A DNA stretch of 64,000 bases, from contig JAYWIR010000006.1 of assembly GCA_036172245.1 (NCBI GenBank), positions 62,001-126,000 on the forward strand. The letters run 5' to 3'. The notes under the pieces are model-generated. The model saw only the letters and a list, made by a program, of their open reading frames with translations, did no database searches and was not told where the DNA came from. The position numbers and the translations under genes are program-made. Of the stretch, positions 49,980 to 62,514 are shown piece by piece (position 1 is the first letter of the stretch; each line of letters begins with the position of its first letter). The DNA comes from Raillietiella orientalis (Eukaryota).

Positions 49980-52950
49980 CGGGTCGGGAATTGGGACAAC
50001 TTGAAGCGCATCATCCACGTATTTTGAAAAGCTCAAGATGCTTTCCTACGATGCTTGCAGAAACGACTCATCCGTAACAGCAGGAAAGTCTAGAAGAGAA
50101 AAACTCCATGGAAGAAGTGAAGCAGGCATTCGGAGGACTCCGCAGGGATGTGACTGCAGGTCCTGATTGCATGCCCATCTCGCACTATCAGCGGTACCTG
50201 CACGTCTACTTGCATTCGTTTCACGAGCTGACGCTTCGCTTCCAAGAAGAACGGAGGCTCCTCGAGTCGTTCCACGATAGCAGCATCAGGCGGCTGCCAA
50301 AGGGAGGAGACCTGCACAGGTCGCCCAATGGCGGCCCATCTCCATCTTGGACACGGACGCAAAGTGGTTGGTCAAGATCTTAGGCAGTTGGTTGGGTCAA
50401 CCGCCTAAGCAAGACGCTGCCATCCGACATCTCCCCAATGCAGACGTGCGCGGTGCCCGGAAGCATTATGTCTGACAACGTGAACTGTGCCCAGTCCACC
50501 TTAGGCTACAGCGCTACATCGGCGGCAACCTGGTCCTGGGTTTCACTGGTATGGAGAGGGCGTTCGACACCGTGGACCATGGGTTGTTGCTGAAGATTGT
50601 GAAGAAACTGGGCGTTTCAGAATACTTCGGTCACTACGTGGAGAAGAATCTCGATGGACAGTACTGCAAGCTAAGCATGAACTGGTAAGACATGGTAGTC
50701 ATCCGGATGGCAAGCGGAATCCGCCAAGGAGACGCCCTCAGTCCGATGCTGTTCGTGGTATACAGGAAGGCGGTATCTTTTCTGGTCCACATTGACGGCC
50801 TTCTCCAAGGAATACGCGTTGACCACGTCGTACTGACTCACCTGGAGTATGCGGACAATCTACTCTGTTCCCTCTAAAAAGAAAGGGTTCTCATGAGTTC
50901 CTCAGTGAGGTGGAGTCCATCGAAAGAGGAGTGCAATTGAAGATCAACAGCCAGAAATAGCAGCTATTGCCCATCAGAATCCTGGACCTCTTCGCGTCAA
51001 CAGAGGAAGAATTCCGAGTGATCAAGTATCTGGGAATCCACATTAGCGACTCCCCAGCTTTGCAACAGGTGTGGAAAAAGATCCTGGGGAAAACGAGAGA
51101 AAATGCTGCAAAATACAAACGGCTCAACTTCTGTCTGAAGCAGAGGGAAAACCTGTAGAACAAAGTCCTCATACCCAAGATGGTCTTTGGAGTGGCCATC
51201 GGCCGATTAGACAAATGGACGAGCAAGAAGATGGAACTATTGAAGCGGAAAATACTCTGGAAAGAATTCAAGCCGCGGATCGGGCTAAAACTCTTGTGTC
51301 GAACGTGATAGAAAGGCGGGACAGGAATGAAGTCGCTGGAGGGATTCCTGGATCTCCTGCACGTGTGAGAAATCATGAATCTCGCCAACAAATGGGACCA
51401 GGGGCCTCATGCGACGCGCAGAGCCTTCTCACATTTGCAGAACATTTCGAGATGCGTCATGTCTGCCCTTATGGGCAAACACGAAAGTGGAAACACATCG
51501 ACCCTACTTGGTAGAAAAAGCAGGCAATGCAGAACAAGCAATAACTCAAAACAGTGTCAAGAAGTAAGGAAATATGGGTAGGCGAACCGGGCATGCACAT
51601 TCTATACTCCCTGAGTATCTCACGGGACACCATGGAAGGGATATTCCATAGGCCATGAATGACCATCAGAAACTGCGAGCAGTTCGCAACAAGCGGCTAC
51701 CGCCAGCAGATGCGAATGTTTCGCCTCATTACGAAGATGGTGGAACATTTTTTCCACAAGTATAGAGAACTCTGGAAAAATCAGAAATCCAACTGCTGGC
51801 TCCTGATCATCAGAGCAAACATCCGAGAAGCGGTAGCAAGGAATCTGGATCAGGACCACGATCTATCTGCTGCAGACAGCCGCTAGGGTTGGGGTCAGAT
51901 AAACCTGATGGAGGTTGGAATCATGGTCTAAACGAACGACATGCCACCCAACACTCAGGATGACCCGTGATGCTTTATCACGGAGGCATCCTGAGAGACA
52001 CGAGGACAAAATCCTCGGCAGGCAATGTCCGGAACGAGATCTGCAAGACTTGTGGAGTTAGAGTAACCCAGCTTCATGTACTCACCTTGCTGATGCCTCA
52101 CGGCGACTGGGTCAAACTAAAGCAGATAACCGGCCTGCAGACGATGAAGATGAAGGTCCGCACTTCCATCGCCCTCTTCATCAGAAGCATCGTGATAAGA
52201 AGGGCAAAGATGCGGACCCGCGTGAACGGACAATACGCAAGCAGTGGATATCCTGAAAGGTTCATTAAGAAAGAAGATTGGGATCAGGAGCTGTGGATGT
52301 ATTCCCACTTGGGCTTACTATTACATTCTGCAAAAGATTAAGGAAAGTAGTCAAGTGAGTGGAATCCCCAAGAGAACTCAGTGACTCATTGCCGCAGAGC
52401 ACATCTGAACGTGATCAGCAAGTGACAATGGGTGATATTGAGAAACACTAGTAAACTGCGGGTTGCATCCGTGCCATTGGAGCCCGACTGAGACTGCAAA
52501 CCACTACGCAGCGATAAGAGGTAACCAGAATGGCAGTCATCTTCATCGGGGTGGCTTCAAAAGAAACTCACCTGGAAGAGGATGCCTAGGAGATCATCGG
52601 CATCCACCGCCGGTTAATGACGGTTTGGGATGAAGAACCCTGTGATGGTTTTCCTTTCCCCCTCTTTATTCATGTTTTCTTCTAGGTTCCACATCTCCAT
52701 TTGTTCCGTGGCTTTCCTGATGCTTTTTTTTTGATCCAGGTGCACGTGGAGCGATACCAAGGATTCCTAACCCTTCCCACTCACATTGTTTATTTTTGTT
52801 GTCTTCTTGCCCCTCCTCCGTTTGGGACTCTCTGTTGTCAATGGCTGTTTGTCGATGTATCCACCCCTTCATTTCTGGTAGTCGTCATCGGGAACTAGAG
52901 ATTTCAACTGATTTATTTTTATAACGTTCTCGGCAAGAGCGGGTGAAAAC
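49980..52950 (+). mobile_element. Degenerate L1/Tx1-like retrotransposon: RT, C-terminal Zn motif and 3' region
   Basis: EEVKQAF..AGPDCMP, GIRQGDALSPMLF, YADN, KYLGI, CKTC..H. Multiple stops and frameshifts; terminal motif at 52921-52950. Confidence 0.9.
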
Positions 52951-52959
52951 TTCATCCGC

Positions 52960-53990
52960 CTGTTATCAGATGCGGCGAAGAAAGAGGTCAATTCGGTTAA
53001 CGAGATGTTAGGTGCTATGCACGCATCGAAGCTGTTCGCAGGGGAGCCCGGGATAGAGGGAAACGTTCACTACGTCTTCTTCTACGAGCACTGTACTGGC
53101 GAGAAGGCTCCGCGTGATCGTGCGGAGTCGGGTTTCTCGTCCATAGTAGGATGTCCATAGTTTTTTAATAAACGCCCGGGCAACCCGGTGACAGCGTCCA
53201 TAGTAGGATAGCGGAAGCGGTGCGCAGCGCTCGATTCGACCAGGAAGGGCGAATCGGCCAATTTGTACTCAAGATTCAATCGACCTCGTCGTGGCGAACG
53301 TCTACGCGCCGAGCGGCTTTCATCGGCATGCCGAAAGAATCGAGTTCTTCGACGTGCTGGAAAGCCAATGGCTCAGGAACTCCGGAGCCAGAGTGGCACA
53401 TCTCGTCGCAGGGGACTTCAGCGTCCACCTGCTTTCTAACGAGACGAGGTCAGAACGGTCGCGGGTGGACGAGGCATGAGCATCGGTGCACGCGCGTAAC
53501 TTGCAAACCTGCGAGTCTGAATTGGAAAGGTGCGTGGATCACGTCTACCTCGATGAGCACCTGCTCTCACGAGTGGGGAAGAGAGGCAGGTTACCGTCCA
53601 CGTTATCGGACCATGACAGGCTGGAGTTCGAGCTCCTCCCGCCGGGCAAGGGGCCTCCGCACAATGCTTGGAGGATGCCGGCGGATTGGCTTATTCATCC
53701 GGAAGCGGCAGAGCATTTTCGACAGTTTCTCCGTGGCTTTGCATCCGGCAGACTTTGACGATCTAAAAAGATCGGTTCGCGAGTTTTGCGATCGGTTTTC
53801 TCTGCACCTGCTGCCCCGCGGCTTCGGGGAAGGCGTGGCCCATAGCAGAGAACTTCTGCAGACGCGCACCTTCTCTAGATGCGCGGAAGTCCGGCGCCTC
53901 GCACAGTACAAGGCGAGGCGCCGGACTCCCCTGCCGCGGTTTGGCGAGCGCAAACAGTGCATACTAGACGCGACCACGGCGCTTGCGTGA
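52960..53990 (+). mobile_element. APE endonuclease fragment of an L1/Tx1-like element
   Basis: CGVGFL, ANVYAP, AGDF, DHVYL, SDH and WRM motifs; homologous to 62016..62441(-). Confidence 0.9.
53153..53194 (+). mobile_element. 42-bp 5'-truncated retroelement insertion with a 15-bp target-site duplication
   Basis: CGTCCATAGTAGGAT at 53138-53152 and 53195-53209 flanks ...TTTTTTAATAAACGCCCGGGCAACCCGGTGACAG. Confidence 0.85.
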
Positions 53991-54062
53991 TTTGTGGCTA
54001 TTTATATTTTGTAATCTATTTATTTATTTAATAAATCCTATCTACTGGAAAGTGACAGTGCA

Positions 54063-55440
54063 GTGCAGCTGAGGACGATCACCAGCAGCAGCGACACCAC
54101 AGTGGAGGACTTGCATTCCGCCACGGCGACAGCTCACCAGTCCGCCGCAAGGATGCAAGGGGAGTTGGGGGACAGGCCGACGTCACCCCAGCCGATGGAG
54201 GTAGCGTCCGGAGAATGTGCAGGGTCGCCGCGTGTCGCCTACGCGACGGCGCTGGTATCGCAGCCTACGACCTCCCAAGTAGCGGGGAGCTCGAAGGCCG
54301 CGATGCCATCTTGTTCGGCTGCAACGACGCGGCCATTTTCTTACGCGGAGGTGGCAGCCGGAAATTCCAACGCTCCACTACGAACATTTGGAAAGCCGGA
54401 AGTCGGCGAAATGTGGATGAGCCGATCGTGCGGATCAGTGCGAATGTGAAGCCGATCACATTCAAAACAGGACTCATCAGGATAAATAATATCAAAGAGG
54501 TGCATTTGACCCTCTATAAGGAGAATGTGGACTTTGACCACGTACAAGCGATCATACCGAGCACGACGGGTTCACAGTCTACACGGACAGTGAACCCCTC
54601 ATCGAGACCCTGATCAAAAAGGGCATAAATGTACAAGGGAGGATGGTCCGTGGAATCGGCGAAACACCGAATACAATGGTGTTTCTTGGAGGAGTCTTCA
54701 TGACAACAAATGAACAAGCGGTGTGGAGTTTCCTCACCAAGTACGTTGAAGTTATGGATGTGGAATTCCGGAACTTTTCAGGAAACGTGTTCTCCGGCGA
54801 TGTCATCGCCAAGATCAGGTTATTTAAAGATGAGAAGATTCCGGGACTCGCCCAAATCGATGGGGATTCCCAGGAAGTCTTCATACGATATAGGCAACAG
54901 CCTACATTTTGAACGGGTTGCAAGCACTTTGACTACAGGATCAGTGCTTGTCCAAGGTCTCGGTGCTTCCGCTGCAGCAAGTAGGGACACCAGATCCAGT
55001 CTTGCAACCAACCTAAAGTGTGTGCCTTCTGTAAGGCAACGGGCCACGCGAGGTGGAGCTGCACAGAATACGCCAACATGCGCGGGCCCTCGCCTGTACA
55101 GGCAACCTTGCGCACGGGCAGTATCGTAGGCAAGGAAGGCGACTGAGCCGCGATCATTGAGAAAGTAAGGGAAACAAGAAGAGAGAGAGAAGGTGGAAAA
55201 AGTAAGGGAGCTCGTCCCAATATCAAAGGATGACTTCATCGAAGTGAGGAAAAAGGGGAAGAGGAAGATGCTCGCTAATGAGCAGCAGGCCTTCGACAAA
55301 CCCGAGGAAAAAGCAGAAGAGAAAATGGAGACAGTCGAGCCCGTCCCGGAAACGCAGGAAAATCTGCAAATCAATGAGGAATTGGCAAAGCTGAATGAAG
55401 AGGTCCAACCGGGAACCAGCAGAGAGGAGCAGGGGAAACT
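54063..55440 (+). mobile_element. ORF1 (gag-like) of an L1/Tx1-like element, disrupted
   Basis: SYAEVA motif, RRM-like region (54643-54912), three CCHC knuckles (e.g. CFRCSKxGHQIQSC, CAFCKATGHARWSC) and a charged tail. Confidence 0.85.
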
Positions 55441-57316
55441 GGGTGTGTGGGTGTACGCTGACCAACCTGCCCAGAGCCTCTCCTTGCCCGCCATCCGTGG
55501 CAGCATACGCCGACGACCTTCTGCTTCTGTTGCCCATGTTCACAGCGGTGAAATCGGTCGAAGACTTCGAGCTGATCCGTCGGGAAGCGGACATGAGCGT
55601 TAACAGGGCGAAGTGCTCCGTCGTACCGGTGGGTGTGTCGTGGGAGGGGCAGGCCGGCTGGATCCGCCTGGGGACCCCCACGGGCAGGTACTTCAAGTAC
55701 CTTGGCGTTCCGTTGGGCGAATTCTGCTCGTCAGAAGTGTGGTCAGCCTGCCTTCAAAAAGCAGAGATGCCTCTCGTCCCGTTCCTTGGCGGTAAGTTCG
55801 TCTTGCCGTAAAGGGCGTGCGTCTGGAACACTTTTCTTGCCTCCTTCCTCCGTCTGCTGTTTTTTGTTTGCCCGCCCCCCTATTTGGTGAAACTACGGGC
55901 GCAGCGTCTCCTCCGTAAGGCCTTGTGGAGCGCTGCACGATCCCGGATTCGCCTCAAAGATTTGGTGGCGCCGCGCCAGGACGCTGGCTTGGGCATCCTG
56001 ACCATAGAGAAGATTGGACTGCAGGTGCAGTTCCCTCTCCCTATGTGGGAAATTGTGGTCTTCGCACTGGTGTGCTCCGGCTCGCCATATCCTCCAGCGA
56101 TGTGTCGGCAGTGCAAGACTTGTTTCGTTGCTGCCGCGCAACCTACGCCAGAGGACTGGATTTGGCTACCCTCTGAGGCATCTGTCCTCGTTGTTGTTAG
56201 CCCATCCCTGGATCTCCTGCCGCCTCACGAACTGGGATGCCTGGCGGCAGGAATCTCTGGAGCACTGAACTTCCACTTTGGATGTGCGTCTAGGGCAATT
56301 GCGACCTCTACCTTTTCCAGTTTGCGTAGGAGACCCCTTTCAGGGTCCTGGAGTTATCCTGCAGGACTGGTCGCTTTGGTCCTGAGTAGCCATCTCAACC
56401 CTGGAGGCTGCACTGTCTGCCCTGAGGGCAGACAACAACAGTAGACAGCCGGCAGGGAGGGAGTTCTCCTGCAGCATTGCAGAAGTCGAAAAACTCCTGA
56501 GCGGCTGCAAAACGACTGTGTTGCTGGATGCTGCCACTTCTCGTCACCGGGCAAAGGGACTCCTTTGGTGGAGTGAACTTCTTAGTGTACCCCCCGAAGA
56601 ACTCGTGGTCCCTTCCCTCTGCATTGATACCTCGGTCTTCCCGCTTCGATAGGAACAGGATGTTCTGCTATGCATGCACTGGAGCTTCCAGTGCAATCAT
56701 CGCAGACACCTGGTTTCCGGGGGAGTTGCTTCCCCAAACTGTCTTAGGTGCAGGGCGATGGAATCGCTTCCGCACCTACTTCTGGGCTGCAGTATTTTGC
56801 GGGAGTTATGGCAAAGACTTGCTTCGGTACTTCGTCGTCCCGAACACTGCTGCCACATCAAGCTGCTGCAACGCTTCTTCAGCGGAGGCGGACTGAAGAA
56901 AGGTGATGTGACCGCAACAATCTGCTGCATCCGCGCCATTGTGACGGCCTGCCGTAAGCTCCAAGGAAGTTCGCAGCGAAAGGACGCCACCAGGATAGCT
57001 GCCAACCTCATGGAGGCAGCTGCAAGGTGTTCTCATCTGCCCAGAAAATTCGATAGGGAAGTCGCCATCATCAAGGGGCGCTTCTAGAAGAAGGGGAATG
57101 TTTCTTACCAAAGATCCCTTCCTCCCTCCCTTGTTTTTTTGTTTATTTTGCGTTCCCACCCTCTGTTCTCTTTTTTGAAGCCGGCCTGCGTGCCAGTGGT
57201 TTTCCTGTTAAACTTTTTCTATGGGCGTTTTTTTGTGTGTCTTGGGGGGATACACATCCCTTCAAGTTTGTGGTTTGCTTTCCTGAATAAATGTCCCGCC
57301 GTGACCAGGTTCAAAC
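55440..57316 (+). mobile_element. L1/Tx1-like element: RT C-terminal half, Zn finger and 3' UTR
   Basis: VAAYADDLLLLLP, FKYLGVPL, GLGI, CLRCRAMESLPHLLLGC, stop at 57087, T-rich UTR, terminal motif at 57286-57316. Confidence 0.92.
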
Positions 57317-57319
57317 CTC

Positions 57320-57760
57320 TACGAGCACTTGCGCTCCCACGTGTGGAGACGGGGAAATGTACTGTCCGCGCTCTTCGAAGACTCCTTGGTGAAACTTGAA
57401 ATTCTTCCGCGTGACAGGCAAGCGCTCCCCCTCTTTAACATGGTGTCTTCCAAGGGACTCGCTTAACGTGTCTAGTGCTCCGGAACACTTCAGGGTGTTC
57501 CTGCAAGGCTGCAGCGTGCAGACGCTCGATGACTGGGACGATTTCAAGGTCTGTGAGCAGTTTCCCCTGTACCATCTCCCAAGAAGTTAGGTATGACGGG
57601 AGTGTTGGGAGCGAACGAGCGCATTTACAGGCTCGTCGTTAAACCCGAACACTGGACATCCGCTTATTATCGAAGTGCAAAGCCAAAGCCTTGCGACTCG
57701 CCTGCAAACCACGTCGACCAGTCTGTTGGTCGACGACGTTCAGGGTAATCAGCCCAGGCG
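57320..57760 (+). mobile_element. Fragment of an L1-like endonuclease/linker region
   Basis: WCLPRDSL...DWDDFK resembles the post-endonuclease W.L..SLL...WDxFK segment. Confidence 0.45.
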
Positions 57761-57762
57761 GA

Positions 57763-58830
57763 GTTTGTCATCCGGATTCTTCGAGGCATTTATTATAGAA
57801 ATGATAACAAGAACCAAGTAATTGTGGTGTGCTGAAGCACTTGGTTTACCTCTTGACTCCAACTTCTTGGTCACCGGTCTGTAGACCGGCAAAGGGAGAA
57901 AAAAGACCACGAACAAAAAGAAACAAAAAGAGAAAATAAGAGGAGGGAGATGTTAGTTGGTAAGCGAGAGCGAAGAAGGGTCCATTTGCCGCATGGATAC
58001 ATCCTTTGCATCCTTACCAGGATCCTTACCGAGTTGTATGCTTTGCAGGATCCTTATCGAGTTGTATTCCTTTGTTTCCCATGTGGGGCTATCTCCATGT
58101 GGTCTTCGAAAAGATCCTTGTCCCGCGGATGGCATTTCACCCATTCTGGCATCTCCTTGTCGCGTTCCACGCCTCCTAGATTCAGGGAATGCAACAGAAA
58201 ACTGCTTCGAACACGACCAGCAGAAAATCGAAACGATCGTAGAAACGTTTAAAAATGTCTATGGAACCGCCTTCGGGAATATCTAGGATCACTGACAGAC
58301 GATCCAAGAGAGGACGAAGGGCGGCACAGTTTAACAGATGGTGTGCTAAATTCTCTTTGTTCGATGCAATTTTCACAACGGGCATCTACACTCTCTTGTT
58401 TCCAATGATGGAGGCGTGCAAACGCAAGTCGGGACAATACTTCCGTGGCAAGCTTAGGGGTGAGGATGCTTCTCGTTTCTGAGAAGTCGGTTATGAGCAG
58501 CGCGGTGCAGCACGGATGCAGACTTGCTCTGAAACCTGATGCACTGCCTGGTGACCACTTTTCGGACGGGGCGAGGAACCTGACATCGCCTTCGCAGAAG
58601 CATGTTGGAATATCAACGGATTGCGTAACGACGAGAAAAGGCAAAGCATGGCGAACGCTCTTTCCGTTTCGACTTGGCACTCCTGCAGGAGATTCACAAC
58701 ATCTCCGATGAGCAGGTGTCTGGCATGAGCAGCGCTCAGGCGGAACGTTGCACTGGCTAAGAGGTTCAGCAAAAACGCACGGAGTCGGGTTGGTCGACGA
58801 TCACAGAGTGACGGAACAGTGCTTAGCGCT
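57763..58830 (-). mobile_element. 3' portion and 3' UTR of a related L1/Tx1-like element
   Basis: CENC plus ENLAHHLLNC (frameshifted Zn finger), T-rich UTR, hairpin at 57873-57890, terminal motif at 57763-57794. Confidence 0.75.
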
Positions 58831-58839
58831 GGATTCAAC

Positions 58840-61800
58840 GTTTTCACCCGGTCACGCCGGGGCGTTTATTTAAAAACTTTCGGTATTTGTGGTATAAGGC
58901 CTCGCTGCGGCCAATAAAACATAGGGAGCTGCCGGGTTGTCGGTGCACAGACCGACTTGACACTTCACGTCAGCGGAAGGGGATGGGGAAAACAAAAATA
59001 AAAATAAAGGAAACTGGAAACACAAAAAACCATAGTTCTTTGGAGGGCTGGGAAGGGATCACTGTCCGCTGCGTGGAATTTCCATCCTTTGCAGTATGCC
59101 GACGAGGTCCTTCTGCAGATTTCCCAGGTGGGTCCATCGGGATGCTATTCGCAGAAAGCGAGCTGCATACTCGATGACATCCCTTCCGTTAACACCTTCT
59201 GCTTCGTCGGATCCACTCCAAGCCGCCACAATACCGCGGATGTAGCTGAGCGTTGCTACGACAGCGGCTGGCTACAAGGCGTCCCGCACGAAGCCGAAAA
59301 ATGTCTCTGGAAGGGCTACCTTCCACGATCCCTAGGGTCGTACCGAAACATTCCCAAAGGGGCCGGAGGGCAACCCAGTCAACTAAGAGGTGCGGAAGGG
59401 ATTCACGCTCCCCACACCTGGCACAGTTTGGATTCAATCGTCCCCGTGTCCAGTGATGGCGACGTGCGTTGCAAGGGAGTCCCCAGTGCAACAGCATAAG
59501 CGCCGACTCCTGCCATTTTAGGGGAAGGATCCTTCTTCCGGTTATCATTGCGGGTCACTTCAGGTCATCCGTCGTGATGCCGAGCAGCTCGCCCCATTTT
59601 TTCAGTCCTTACGGAAGGACGCTCTCGATTGTAGCGTACGCCAGCTGTCCCATGGTCCAACCGCTCATCAACTTTTCTCTGCCTGCGATACGGCAAGAGA
59701 CCTGCCACCTCGGCGTCCGGCTGCTGACGAGGGCCCTACGTAGGAAGGGCAGCACCGTCGCTAGGCAGGTCGTCTCTGCCCACTTGCTCCTGGCTGGACA
59801 CTCCAGGATCTCGCGTAAAGTGCAGCGGGCGTATCGGCCGCGTCACAGGCTATTCCACGTCTCGTGGCTCCTCTGATTCACTACCGCCCACATGCCAACT
59901 GTTTCTTCCAGCCATGCGCTCGAGTTGACGGGGCCGCAGATCATCAACGCATTCTCCTTCGCCAGGGTGGCTATTCGTCCGAGGAGAAGATCTTCCTTCC
60001 ACGACATAAAAGATGAGATGCAAGTCCTCCCATTCCGGATACACGTCTGGCGAGGAGGTGGGCCGGAACACACCAAGCATTGCTCCACAACTTCGCCGCG
60101 ATGGTCAAGGTTTGCCATCGCGGCTGAATTTCCATGCGCTCCAGCGTCAGGAGGCCTAGACCACCATCTCGACGCAGAGCGCACAAGTCCATCAAAGGGA
60201 CTCGGCTCCTCCCCTTGCCCCAAAGGGAGATGGCAGGAGGTCCTTGGTCCTCTGCTTAATTTCCACGGGGACGGGACAAACAAAAAGTAGGGGGCGGAGG
60301 ATGGGGGCCGCGAAGGCGTTCCAAACCGCGGCCCGCTCCAGCAAGTGGAACTTGCCCTCCAGGAACGGGCCGATCGCCAGCTCCACTTTCTGGAGACGGT
60401 CTGACCAGGCTTCTGACGGGCAGAAGACCCCAGCGGAACGCCAAGGTACTTCAAATACCCGCCCGTTTGGATCCCCAAGCGGATGCAATCAGGCCGTCCT
60501 ACCCACGTCGCTCCAACTGCCACCACCGACGGTTTTGCCCTGTTAACCCGGAGACCCGTCCCACGGCTTAGCAGATCGAAGAAATATTCGACTGCCGTTG
60601 CCGGGGCGGACATGGGGAGCAGGAGCAGAACATCGTCGGCATAGGTTGCTACGGCAGGCGTGCCGGGGCACGAGCTCGGCAAGGCAGCCAAAGTCGTCCT
60701 GTACGCTCTCAGCACCAACTCGAAGTAGGTGCTAAAGAGCAGGGGACTGAGGCTATCGCTCTGCCGTATCTTGCGGCGCACTGGCACGCCGTACACGTTT
60801 TGTCCTCTGAAAAAGATGTTCGTCAGCGCGGCGCGCCAGCAGGAGCGCAGGTACGCCGTCAAGGTAGGTGGGAAGCCCATGCGATGCAGAAGCTCCAGAA
60901 GTCCCTGGTCCACGCAGTCGAACGCTTTATGGAGATCGACTGCGATCGTTAGGGCACGCTTGCCCGCCCGGCTGTCCCCATCCTGACCAGCGGTCACCCT
61001 CAAATCGGGGTTGCCGACAGTTCCCTTCCGCTCTTTAACTTCGCATTGCACATGAAACCATGTGCAGGCGAAGAGCAGGTTAGCCTCCATACTTCGCCCA
61101 GGAACAGCGTAAGTCTGCTCCGGGCTAATTACGGATTCGGCTACCTGTCCGAGCCGCGCAGCCCACAGCTTCCCGACCAACTTGATGCCCGTGTTCATGA
61201 CCGTGATCGTACGCCAGTATTTCAACTTACGGAGGTCTCCTCCCTTAGGAAGGAGCCTCATCCTAGCTGACCGGAACGAGGTGGGAACATCGCCTTCTTC
61301 CCGGATCAGCTGTGTCAACCTAAGCACCAAGGGGGTCATCTCTGCCGCAAAGCTTTGAAAAAACTCCGCGGGCAGGCCGTCCTCCCCTGGTACCTTTCGC
61401 CTCTTGAGCCTTTTTATCGCGGTGATGATTTCACCGGTCGTAAAAGGCTTGCCGAGGCTTTCCCTCTACTCCTTCCCTATAGCCGGGGCTCCGTCCGGGA
61501 GCAGCAGTCGCGAGGTGTGCCGCTCGGGAGGCGCCCTGGCGTATAGGGAGGAATAAAATTCCCGAGGATCTGTCGAATCGCGGCCGGGGCCGAGGTTCCC
61601 GGTCCTGGTCGTCCAGCAGGGTGGGCGGCCCGAACTGCCAGGCTTGGCGCTCAGCCCCGGCTCGGTACTCGGCCAGGCGACGGACGTTGGGGGTCCTCGC
61701 GTAACGACGGGCGTATAAATATGCCCTTTCGTTGCGAATACCTTCCCCAAACCCGGAGGGAAGTCGCCCCAGGGGAAACTCCTCACAGAACTCGCGGACC

Positions 61801-62450
61801 GAACTCTTGAAGACGTCCCAATCATCGAGATTCCGGAGGGTGACGCCTCTCAGGAATTGGCGGAGATGATCCGCCGCACCTGGGAGCCACGTCCAATCCC
61901 CTGGCAGACGCCACGCCCTGGATGAGGGTCCTTTATCGCGTGGCCAGACATCGAAGATCAGACGGAAATGGCCGGACAGCGTCGACGGGAGCCTTCCTCG
62001 TTTACCAACTCGTGTTCACAGGTCGTGGTCGAGGAAAACGTGGTCGATGCTGTCCTCCATTTCTGGGTCCCCCTCCATCAAGTTGCGCGCACGCACGTCG
62101 GTGCACAGCTCGATCGTCGCGTTCTTCTGCGTGCAGCACGCACCTGAGAGCAGGCGGAGGTTAAAGTCCTCGGCTATCAGGTGGGCCTTGCGCACTCCTG
62201 CATCAGTCAGCCAGTCGCGCTTTAGATACTGGAAGAACTGAGTTCTTTCCGCGTACACTTTGATGCCGCTCAGAGCGTACACGTTGGTAACGATGAGATC
62301 TATCGTGTCGGACCAGCTGAGAATCATCTGTCCAACCCGACCGTTGTCATCGAAGCGCACGTTCCTCACGGAAGCATCGACGGCTGGCTTTAAAAAGAAC
62401 GCGACACCGCAGTTGTTGCGGTTACCGCATCGCCAATACAACCGATCCCC
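58840..62450 (-). mobile_element. 5'-truncated L1/Tx1-like non-LTR retrotransposon ORF2 (APE, RT, Zn finger) with 3' UTR; disrupted
   Basis: CGVAF, TNVYA, EDFN, IDHVF (62016-62441); WRTITVMN, DLHKAFD, RQSDSLSPLLF, YADD, KYLGV (59843-61339); CARC..ESLPHLL (59189-59548). Confidence 0.95.
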
Positions 62451-62514
62451 GAAAAACCAAGGACCAAAGCGACCCCCGAAAAAAGGCTAAAGCTGAAGTA
62501 TCGGGTGTACCTAT

